A DNA stretch of 64,000 nt from Phoronis australis. Its lineage: Eukaryota; Animalia; Phoronida. The notes under the pieces were generated by a model that searched no databases, was not told the DNA's origin, and saw nothing but the letters and a program-made list of their open reading frames with translations. Below are positions 25,301-37,300 of the stretch, piece after piece; the first letter of the stretch is position 1; the number at the start of each line of letters is the position of its first letter. The stretch is taken from contig NMRA01000069.1 of assembly GCA_002633005.1 (NCBI GenBank), forward strand, positions 549,740 to 613,739, read 5' to 3'. The translations under genes and the position numbers were made by a program.

Positions 25301-28300
25301 ATTGTCCGGCATTATGATAGCAAAATAGGTGGCGTTGAACGCCTGTCCACCAAAGATTTGTTTGTCATAATTTGAAAATCGGCTATTGGCTGTATTTCAG
25401 ATGGGTTAATGATGCAGTTCTGCCTAACGCTTCAGGTTCAAGTTGATAGAGCTCTCCCTAACCTTATGATCTATAATAGGTCATTCACATCAAGTTTGCA
25501 CTGGTTGAGTTGATTAAAACCATCCACTGATAAGGTCTAGGCTGGTGGAGAGTAAGGCTATCACGACATGATGTTGGCCCACTGTCTCTTATCAAATGGG
25601 GGCATGTTACCACCAATGTAAACATGCCGCCTTTGAGGGCATCTGAAATTTATTTCTCGCGTTCCTGGGTGTTTTCAACTGTGGTTCCTGTCCCGAACTG
25701 TTGGGTTTTAGACTGTCAGTCTGGATTAGTGCCCTTGCGGGTTATTTTAAAATTCCGCCATGTTCTTTTGCCCATCCCATGGCTTTTTGTTTGTCATCTG
25801 CTATGTCCTGGATACAATGTTTGTGAGTTGCTCTCTTTCCACCATTGACATACAGCCGCAACCTATCCATGTGTGCTTTTGCTAGGCAAATGTCCAGCGC
25901 CACCTACAAATCACTAAGATGTGTCAAGGTTGAAGATTAAAGACCTGCTTTCAGTACACTTAAGATTTTTACATGAACAAGGTCTATGTGTGTGGTATAG
26001 CTTTATTGTGCATTTTCCTCAAGCTTATTACATATTTGGTGTGCGTTGGAATAGACTGCAATAAGCCAATGCGATAACACGATTAGCGATATTCTTATAC
26101 ACTGGATCAAATACCGTGTACCATTCCTTTATCACCTGACTGCATTGTGCTGGGTATTTTCGGACCGTGACCTTTGACCTTACGGTATATCTGCAATTAG
26201 TGATATCATTGGTGTTGCCTTCATAAAACTGATGGTGCACTGTTTTTTATGTTGCTTTCCCACCACCGCAACTAGAAACTCCGGTCTATCGCAACTCCAC
26301 TTACCTTTCCCATTGCCTGGCGACATCGGAGTAACCCTTAGTTCTCTGATTTAAACACAAGGTGGTGTTGTTGAATCTTACACTCGCACTAATGGATTTG
26401 AGATTAAGACTGTCCGGTGTTATCCTGTACCATCAGATTTCTGTTGACTTGTTCCTTCCGTCGGTAATGAAAGGTGCTGAAATGTCGATTGTCTTGTCGA
26501 GTGTCGCGACCTCTGACCTCTCACGATTATTCTAGCTGAAGTGGAATTAACTGTTTACTAATGAAATGGAGTTACGCAGTTCCGTACTTTAATCCACCTA
26601 TTTTGGGAGGAGTTTTGAGGGCTAATTAAGTCCAGGAGACAAGCTTACCCATTGAGCATTTCTATAGAACGGTGTTGGTGGGAAAGTGATATTAGTACAT
26701 ATACCTGAAACGTATTCTTTGTCTCCTGTGAAAACAAGCAAGCATTTGATTGACATCAATTGTCAAGAGTGGTAGTTATACATTTCTTTGTTGCCGTGGA
26801 GATTATACCCTGCGTTACTATCATGTTCATGAGCAGCTCATTCTAAAAATATGTGTAGTCATTTGCCCTGTTTTCAAACTGTTCCCTTCTTTATCTTTTA
26901 AACAAATAGGTTGTTGAATTCACTTGTCTGTATGAATGCCCGTCTGACATTTCTATGTAACTATGGTGTGTTACTTACTAATAAGAATGTTTACAGTGCT
27001 ATTTTTGCAATTTGAGTCCGACCTATGGGGGATACTACTTTTGAACTGCTGTTGATGTCGGGCCAGAGGTGCATCCAGAGTGTCAAAAATAAGACGTCTA
27101 GCGGTCCAAAATGAGTTTTCAGGTTTCCTGATTTCCCTGGTTTACCACGACACTTGACTGTGTTTTATGACTCCGTGGTATGCTATTGTGGAGACATGGG
27201 GTGTGCAGTAAGGTTTATCATGTCTTACATCACATCTGAACTAACTTTTTTTATTCTGGACAGGCCAATGAGCCTCCAGAAGTGCTGTGAGCTTGTTAAA
27301 AGAGACACCAATGCGTCCTTGCTTACTTTACTTGGGTGTTTAACTGTTAAACAGGGCGCCCTAACAAGGGTGTCCATTTGGATGCCTGCTAGAGGAAGTC
27401 GTGTCTGGGTCCATACATTGATATTCTGTTTATGAGCAGTGTTGGTGGTGCTCACATATTTGGGCATCTGAAGGTCAGGGTAGAGGAACGATTCTGTTTC
27501 TGGTATCGTAATTTCCTGTCACAATCTCATTCCAGTCTGGCACCTGCAAACACCTGATCCTCGGTCAAAGAACGAGGTTTTAGAAAGTCCTGACTGGATT
27601 TTAAGTGGCCAGTCATGAATATTGTTTCCATGTGTTAAAAGTCTCAATCAAAGTACTACAGACTGAAACTCCCCTCAGGCTACTAGACAGATAGTAAAAA
27701 TTCTCCAGTTTGGCTTGCTGTCTAAAATTTGGGACCCTGTTATTCGGGCGGAAATTGAATTTTCTTTCTTCTGAAGTTGGATTTTGGCGTTTTTTCATAT
27801 TTCTATAATCTCAAAGTACTGCGTTTTGTATCAATATAATCTGAAAATAGACTTAGCAGTTCATAAAATCATTAAAAAGTGCCGCCAGTGCAATGACTTT
27901 GTGCCTTCTGATAGTGTATCATCAAGGTGAATGTAGTTTGTTGTTGATCGTAATTTTGTAATTTGGGATAGCAAATATATCGCTTTTTTCTAAAATTTGG
28001 TACAAAAACTCCCACCTTGACTGAATTACATAATTTTTCACTGTCTCAAACTGAAGAATGTTTACCACATGTCATGTAACCTAGGCTAAGGTTGCTGGAG
28101 GGCCACTGTTATTGTATGCCTCACTTTCATTGTGTCCCTCATCTTGTGTATGAGGAACTGTTGTAATGTGCTGAATTGTGTGGAATACATGTGTTATAAT
28201 GCCAGAACGTTTTGGGATTCTTCACTTGTTTCGCCTGTCACTTTTCAATTCTCTAAAGGCTGAATACTTTGCTGCAAACAACTGAACCTTAATTAAAACG

Positions 28301-31300
28301 TCGTTTTATGACATCTGCACAGTACAGGGCTTGGAATTTTCCGCGGAAACGCGGATTTCCGCTTTTTTCAAATGTGCTTTCCGCTTTTTTTATAATATTT
28401 CCGCGTATAAAAATCTGATTTGATATAAAATTTCCGCGGCAAATTCCTTTCTTACCGCGGCGTTGCAGACGACGTTCACCTCGAAAAGCGGAAGTTGCTC
28501 TTTATGTTTCGGAGGAACGTAAATTGTCAACATTGCCGGGGCATCTGGGACAGCGTGGTGGGATTTTCAATGGCGTCTCGTGTTATTGTTAAGCGCGGCG
28601 ACAAATGCTACCACTCTGCAGCCAAAAATGTGTGGGTCGGGACGGGCGAGCTAAAAGGACGCAGACGCATGCTACTGATGGTGGTAACTTTTTTTTTAGT
28701 CCTCCCGATTTTTGTCGAGGAAAGGTTCACATTGACCATTTCAAGGCTGGTTATCGGCCGTGATTTGGGCCGTAAAAGTTTCCGCGTTTTTTGTCATTGG
28801 TCATTCCAAGCCCTGAGAGTACAAATAAACTAACGAGTTACTAAAATTTTCTTAACCTTTATTTTTGTTGAGGAAGTTGACCAGTAGAGGAGGAGTTACC
28901 ATATTTAGAGCATGAGTTGCTCGTCCTTTGTGCAGTTAACGTTCAAGCTGTGTTCGCATGTATGTTCGCACGCGCGCGTGTCTGTTCGCGCGTGTGGTTG
29001 TGTTTGTGTGGTTGGTTGAGTATTTGCTGTCCGTCTAGCTGGGAGACTACTCACTGGTCATGAACACAGTGTCAGTTAGCTCTGTCAGTGTTGTGTTCAC
29101 TGTGCAGCAGTCCTACTCTATGTCTGCAGCAGGCTCGTGTGTGTAATTCAGCATTGTGATGCAGACGATGTTTTGTGTCAGGCAGCAAATTGTTTGTCAT
29201 GTGGACTGACACTATAACATTTCTCTTGTCATTTTTGTTTAAATTCTCTGGTCTTGTTTTACACATGGATTTGTAATCAGGAAGTTACGTTCATTAAGTT
29301 AAGCTGGTGAAAATGTGCAGTGTTTGTTATTCATTGCTAATCTTATTCTTGACAAGGTCTGACTGTCACTTGCTGTCACAGTGCTGTCATAATTAAGTAT
29401 TTTCAAAGTAGCGGGTGGTCTGTTGACATTGATCATTTTCCTTGCTTCATGGTTTGTTAACCACTCTAACCTGTCAGCACATGGCTTGACGGTGTTGTAC
29501 CATAGTGCCATTGTGAATGACTCTTGTATAATAAATCAGTAGGTTGTGATTTATGTATAATCACGTCTACATGTATTGATCATGGAATCGAAATCATATT
29601 TTCCCAGTTGTCTGTTTGATAGCGATGATGACACTCGTTAATATCCAGGTCTTCCTCCATGCTCTGTCTGAAGTCATCTATTATTCAAAGTGCCTTCGTT
29701 TACAGTTGGGCATTTTCCCTGAGGTATTTAATACAGTTATCACACCGTGTCTGTGTGCCCATGCCATGTGTTGTTTTGTTTTCTGGGAAATGATTTCATT
29801 TTCCATTTAGTAGTCAGGAGTTCATTTTTTGCATTGACCTTTGTGAAATGCGATCGCGTTTCGTCAAGCAACTTGCCGATCCATTTTCAAGCTGTAATCC
29901 ATGTTTTCTGGATCTTTGACGAACGGAAAATCTTAGTTTGTGCCTTGAAATATGAGTCACACAACATGTTTTTTTGCAAAAAAAAATTAAATTTCTAAAA
30001 TAATAAAATGCTAGCGGCCACATGTTTTAAATTTTATAGTTTTTCTGTCAATATGCATTGGAACATTCTCATGTTTGGTGTACCTTGCCACAACTGCAGT
30101 ATCAGGTATCAAAGGGTCTCGGTCTCTAATATCCTAAATCTTAAAGCTGTCCTGTAAGCTGTGTGTGCAAAAGCTTTAGGAAGACACAATTATGTAAGGT
30201 CGTTTGTCCTTCCTTGCCTGCTTCATTTTTTCTCGTTTGTTTTTCAGGTAGTGTCCGAAGCTGTCGACAGTTTGTCAGTGTCCCCAAAGAGTAACGACAA
30301 CGGCACTATGAGTGTTCTCACATCAACTAATGGCAACCGGGTGCCCATGATGATGGATTTTGCGAAAAGTCTGTCGAAAGAAAAACTTGAGCCAAAGAAT
30401 AGTTTGCATTTGAGAGCGTCACGACACTCCGTTCCCCCCATAGAGTTGACTGACAACCCAACCACCTTATCTGTGATTACGAATTACAACGGTATGGCTA
30501 TGTATCATGCTGTTGACAAACTATCGCCGTCTCAAGTCAACGGTGTTCGTTCATGCACAAGTAAATCTGCTTCTCCAAACTTTAATTCCTTGAAACAAAG
30601 TGCACAAGAGAGTAACCCAAGTGTGCAAGCTTGCGTTGAATCTAAAATGTTCAATGGTGCCAGCACCTCCCCTTCAATACATCCGTCTTCCGAAATGCAG
30701 AATCGCACAAAATACGTTACCGACTCGGAGGTGCCGTCAACGAGTCGTGGTTTATTTTCTAAGCCAAAAAAGAGGCGCAATCGGTCGCCGATGAAAACGC
30801 CTCCTGCAAGTCTGGAGTTGCCGTCGCCGTCACTCGTAGTAGAAGAACCGCCAGAGCTGTATCCTCCATTAGACATAGGGTCCAACGAGTCTCCGGATAG
30901 CGGAATACAATCGGTGGGGTCGCCAGATCACGAGTCCAGTCCGCGGCACCAGATGGAGACGTTCCTACTTCCTCAAGTCGAGGAACGCCTACCTGCGCCA
31001 TCAGTGAGCGAAGTTACAGCGCAACACATTCGCGAAGCAAACACTTCATTGGGTGCTGATGACAGTACATCACGAGACAAGGGGTATAAGTCAGTGAAGG
31101 CGCCAAAAGTGAAAAGACCAGTTGGAAGGCCGCCGAAACTTCGTAAAGTTAGTGACGACGGTGGTCCATTTCCAGGATCCAGTGACAGGCTCATAGTTGA
31201 TCGAGGTCTTCTGTCTGGCAAAAGCGAGAACGCTTTGAGCATAAATAAAACTGTGATATGTCCAAAAATAAAGAAACGGCGAGGCAGACCCCCGAAAATC

Positions 31301-34300
31301 CCCAACAGTGCCTCAGTACAAAGTACTTCACTATTACAAATGAACTGCGGAAGTGTGCAGCCTAATGGCACTTCTCTAGACTTACGTGCCACTGTTCCAA
31401 AGGCATTTGTGAAATCAAGAAAACCTGTGATAATGGATACAAGTAAAATTAAAAAACGTCGTGGTAGACCGCCAAAGATTTGCAATCCGCCTCTCGACTT
31501 ATCGGGTAGCAGTGCGAAAAGCGGTGTCGTAGTAAAAAAGAGGGGCCGTCCTAAGGGTGCACTGAATAAGAAAACAATTTTGAAAATGATGAGCAACTGT
31601 GCAAATGTTGAACAAAGTCGTGTGCCAGTCGTTCAAGGAGGTGCCGTGAATGCATCTGATGCGCAGCTAGAAACTAAAGAATCGACATCCAGATTAACAG
31701 ATACCTTTGCTTCTGTTGATCGGAGGTCAGTTAAGGAGAACCTAAATTATAGTACTATGGACGCGTTTATCCGCCCGGTGGTGAAACGGAAACCTGGCCG
31801 TCCTAGGAGACGACCTGTTTCCAGCCTAGGTCAAGTGGCGACATCTGTCTGTGATAATAAAGATAATAAGGTACTTGGAACCGATTTGTCTGCGGGGCCG
31901 GACAGTGATTTTAATTCATTGATGCTTAGCGTGCGAGCATCAATCGATTCACAATTCAGTGCTAGCAACGCAGATCCATGCTTTAATTTAGACTTGAGTC
32001 CTGTGTCAAGCAGTTGTAAGGCAGCGGTCACAGATAGTGGGACCACGAAACGAAAATATAAAAAACCCAAAGTTCACGTGATGATGCGGACTCACAAACA
32101 TCGAAAGAGGCGGAAGAGGAAAAATGTCTCACAGACTTTGCCAGTCACTACATGTCCTCCCCCACCTGTTCCTGGTAACTCGGTGTCATCCCTCCCTGTT
32201 GATCAACCCCTAAACATTGATGTGGGTTCTCCTAATGACCCTGTTATGTCTCCAGTAAGATCGCAAGGCAGTTCGTCTAAACCTGTGGTGGGCGCGCCAA
32301 GCTCTTTCGTTTCTGTCTTCTCATTCAATGCAAGCCCAAAAATGTCGTCGCCTAAAGCAAGAACTAATGTGCCTCTTTTGCCTGGGCCTGATGATCTTTT
32401 GTTGAGTGACTGTGAGAAAGTGAGCGAGTCAACTAGCAGCACGTCGCGTAAGAAATTATCCTCCGTCACTTCTGACCTATCAGAAACTGGCGGTAAGGTC
32501 CGTTCTAGTCAGTTGTCGTTAAAGCTGAAGCGAGCGCGTAAGAAAAAGAGGAAAATGTTGAATCTCAAATCAAAGCACAAAAACATTGTCGATCCTGTCT
32601 TCCTCGCTGAAATGGACGACTTATCGGCACTGGTAACATCGCTAACATTATCGCCCAGTGGTCGTGCGTGTGTTCAGAACATTGCAAAGGACGCTCTTCC
32701 CGACATGTTCAAACTTGATAAAAGTTTATTTAGAACTTTCAAAAATTCCCAAAGTGGTACATCAGTCACCAAACCGAAGAAGGGACGTCCTCCTGGCAGG
32801 CCTCCGAAAGCGAAAGCCGCCAAGGATTCTATAAAGCACCGGCAAGCCATCTATACTGTTCCTAAAATCGTGGGCAATCCGCCAAGAATCATCGATGCTC
32901 CTGTCACAATTTACCAACGGGTCGTGCCACCGCCAAAAGTTGCGTTAAAGAAAAAGGTGAAAAAGAACGGTAAGAATCCTGTCGGACGGCCTCGCAAACA
33001 CCCTGTAGAGGGCACTTTGGTCAATGTGCAGTCCTCCTTCAGCAAGAGTGCCCATTGCCTTCCTCCCAAAAAGAGACACAAACTTCTGGCAGCGTCTCAG
33101 GAAAACCGGGTCGTCCAAGAGGTGGCGGTTGCAACAGTGACAGTTCCGACGAAACCGAAGGCAAAACGGGGGAAGAAGGCGACTTCTAGTCCGAGCGAGA
33201 GTTGCGAGGTGTCCAGTTTAACGCATGTACAAGGTAATCTCATTGGAAAATACAGTGAAGTTCTTACATTGGATGATGACATTTTTTTCACCTCAGAGTA
33301 GTAGGCTACAACACACGTAAGAATGAAAATCGAGTTTCGAAAGTTGTCTTTTTAAACATTGTTACAAGAAAATATTGATGCTGTTTCAATGAGGAAACTA
33401 TTTTGAAAGCATGTAAGAATTCTTTGAATTTGCTCTGTTTTGCGCGATTCTTGGGAACATCGGCTAGAATCTGTTCTCATGGTGTTAAATACTTTGGTTC
33501 ATTTTTCTTGTAGGTTCAAAAGAGCCCTGGTGTGGTGAAGGTGTTGACGGTGCAACCAAGACATTCCCTGTGAAATCTCACACCAAAACTCATGACTGTA
33601 ACACTCCTTTTGAGCCTCAGTCATCCTGCAGCATAACTGTAGAGGGCACCACTGAACATCGGTCATTGTTCGAAGCATTCAGGGAATTTAGCTCACCACC
33701 ACATGGGGCGAAAAATGTAAAGAAAAGCGCTGGAGGTGGCGATGTAGGCCGAACATCTGAAAGTATGGGTGCCTCTGCCCAGCTGAATACACCAAAGAAA
33801 CAGGCTTTGGCCAAGGAGCTGAAAACAGTGAACTTGGAGGAGGCCATATCACCACACAAACTGTCCATGTTCACCAGTCTAAAGAAGCCTCGTAAGAACA
33901 GCGCAGGTGGCGGGTACAACGAGAGAATGAAGGCGTTATTCCATGGGTCCAGTACTCTTGTCAGCAGTGGTTGTCTCAAGATCGACAATGGTAAGTCTAG
34001 AGTTAGTGGTGGTAGGAAGACAACCCAGAAAAGGAAACGGTTTCTCAGCGAGCAGAATTCATCTGACAGAGCACCTGCTGTGTCTCCTAGAAAACGACGG
34101 AAAAGTGAGCGCGACGCGTCAGCTGCACTTGAAGTTCCGCCTACATTTCTCGGTGCTTTCACTTCCTTGCCGTACACGGTAACTGCTCCAGCGGTCCCTA
34201 TTGGGCAGGTTGTGAAACGAGGAAGAGGACGTCCACCGGGCTCGAAAAACAAGAAAAAGAAGTTGGACACAGACCTGGTGGTTGTGCCAGTCGTCCCCAA

Positions 34301-37300
34301 GCGTCGTGGAAGACCACCGGGGTCTAAAACCAAAAATAAATCAAAACCCTCGAAAGAAAAGCAGCTTTCACATATTAACAACTTGGCCCTGAAAATAAAG
34401 AAGCGAGTAGGTCGTCCACCCAAAGATCCTTTCCGCAGACAATTATTCTACAAAGGCATCAATGTTAGCAAGCTGGGAATTCAAAATGACGGGGTGTCGG
34501 AGATCTTCGCCAACAATAGAAAGTATTCCGAGTCTCTACTGGCCGAGATCCCAGTGGCGGAATCTCAATCGACCCATGAGAACTGTTGGCCGGTAGCAAG
34601 TGATTGCGATGGTCAAAGGCAGCTGGGTCCCGGGGAATCGGATTCTACGACTGCAAATAGCAAAATAGTCGAAGAGCAAGTTCAGGCGCTGACGGAGCAC
34701 ATGCTTCCCGCTGAGCCTTCTGAAACTCCTGCTTGCTTAAGTACCTCAAAGCCCAATCGCACTGTTGGAGTTTCTGGTGCTAAGAAGCTGAAAGTCAAGA
34801 AAAAATTGACTGTTCCAGAGGTGACCAGTGGTCAGGAACGTCTGTTGGAATCTGATTGTCAGCCGCTGTCTTTGCTAAAGCGCAAGAGACGTAAAGTTGG
34901 TCGACCCAGATTGGACAAGAATTACAGAATCCAGTCAACTGTTGCACAGGAAAGGTTAGTATTAAGCTCAGGGTCTTGTTGTAAACGGGCTAGGTGGGTC
35001 ATGAAAGGAGTCAACTTTGGAAAAGCAAGCAAGGGAACGCGAAACTAGTTTGGATCAACGTGATGCCCAGTGTTCAAATTTGGGCGTGGTTTTTGCGACA
35101 ATGGAGTATTTTTAGAATAACAAACTCTTCCCGATGCCCGCCTCTTAATAACCAGAAATGAAAAGGTTTTCATAGCCAGTAGCATTTGTACAGATAGAAC
35201 GATTGCACATGCATTTGTTTGTCTTCTGTGCGTATCAGTCACGTCCCCACGTTTTTTAAAAGTATAACACCGAGACGAGCAACAGTGCTTTGTTTACTCA
35301 CGGCTCACCTAGTCGTGGTGCTTCAGCCTTGTCTTACTTGCATACGTGTAACTTTTCCAAAGAAACGATACCTTGGCTAAAATTAGTCTGAGCAGGTTTT
35401 TTTTTCCGTTTCTTGTCGGCAAATGTAGAAACGTAGGTCTCAAAATGAGTTGGGGGGGGGGCTACAGTGAACCGAGTTAGTGCCTGTTGTGGAATGTTCT
35501 ACAAGCTAACTGCGTAATTTAATTTGATTGAATAGAACTTTGGTTAATACAATAATTGTTGTAGAAAGGTCCTGGGAGTTACAATGCTTTTAAACTGTAA
35601 AAGTGTTTTCAGGTCACAGATATCGCGCTCTCTTGCACTTTCTGGGCTTAACTGTTATTACTATACATTACGTTTTTCATTTTTAATTTTAAAAAAGGTT
35701 TTCAAAAGATTGTGTGCCCTAATATAAATTAATCGCGAGAAAAAGTTCGACAGGGATTTTAAGATGTTTCTTCTGAGTGCTGCGTCAACATTTATTCACT
35801 TCATGCCTCTACGTCAATAAATTTGTAACCTTCGAGGCAGCATGTAATTGGTCGTGCCTTCCCGTTTCAGTCCACAGGGGTCGCCAGTGTTGATCAAGAA
35901 GTCAAAAAAGAGGAAGAAGCGGTTTGCACGTCCCCCCAAAAAGAAGTACCAGAAAGTGGGGCTCTTCTCTGATTACTACAAGCAGGAGTAAGTTATTAAG
36001 TAACAACTGGCAGTCTGGCTATTCATTGCTGTCATTTTCTTGTACTGTGACCGCGCGCTTATCTTCCGCCAAAGAAGAGGGGGGATATTAGTAATGGTAG
36101 GCGTCATTCCGTCTGTCCTTGTTTCTGTCCGTGCTCTGTGCTCAACTCCTACATTTCTTATCGCACATCAACCAAACTTTGAAAAACTATGCGCGCAAAC
36201 TGCTCTAGCGCATGCCGTCGGCGTTTTGCAATACAACCCTACATCCTTGAATTTTGGCCCGTTCTCAATTTACACGCATGCATGTAGGCAAACGTTCTTC
36301 TGTGCACAACACTTATAGAATGTCGGGCAGGGGATATTACTGTCTCTGGTTGCCTTGTTACATTTGAAGTACACACTCTGCTTACACAACAGGTGACGTG
36401 CTGTTTTCTTGAATGGTTAATCAAGGCTTGGAATTTTCCGCGGAAACGCGGATTTCCGCTTTTTTCAAATGTTCTGTCTGCACATTTTATTATATTTCCG
36501 CGTAAAAAAAATCGGATTTGATATAAAATTTCCGCGGCAAATTCCTTTCTTACCGCGGCGTTGCCGACAACGTTCACCTCGAACAGCGGAAGTTGCTCTT
36601 TATGTTTCGGAGGAACGTAAATCGTCAACATTGCTGGGGCATCTGGGATAGCGTGGTGGGATTTTCAATGGTGTCTCGTGTGATTGTAAACCGCGGAGAC
36701 AAATACTACTGCTCTGCAGCCAAAAGTGTGTGGGGGTGGGAGTGGACGGACAAGATAAAAAGACGCAGACGCATGCTACTGATGGTGGTAACGTTTTTTT
36801 TTAGTCCTCCCAATTTTTGTCGGCGAAAGGTTCGCATCGACCATCTCAAAGCTGGGTAGCGCGCATGTTTTGGGCCGTTTAAAATTTATGCGTTTTTTTT
36901 TCATTGGTCATTCCAAGCCCAGGTTAATGCCACGGTGGTTTGTACTACATTGAAGAGTTGTGTTCAAGAACTGTTTTTTTCAGTTTGGTTTGTTGCAACA
37001 TACAGCATGAGTTTGTTTCGAGAACCAGTTTGGTGTCCGTTGTTCAGTGGAGAAAAATGGTCTCAAAATGCGGGCACGTTATATCCGACTATTACCCAGC
37101 ATACATCAAGTGAGCTTAGAAATCCGTGTTTTAACGATAATGCGTTGTAACCAGGGTAGACTTTCATACTTTGGATAAAATTGTGACTTGGAGGTTTGTA
37201 CTGTAATGTATTGTATTGTATTTATTTATTATTATGGCAAGTACAATTGATTCAAAGAGTAATAGATATAACATTCATAAGAAAGATAAGTGTCCAGCCC

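Noticed and set aside
30161-30247. N-terminus of the 1046-aa ORF as a start codon
   Set aside because: The ORF opens at a GTG inside the intron's polypyrimidine tract. The exon begins at the acceptor at 30248.
30244-34423. Antisense ORFs up to 268 aa overlapping the large ASH1L exons
   Set aside because: They are shadows of the long sense ORFs, with no recognisable domains.
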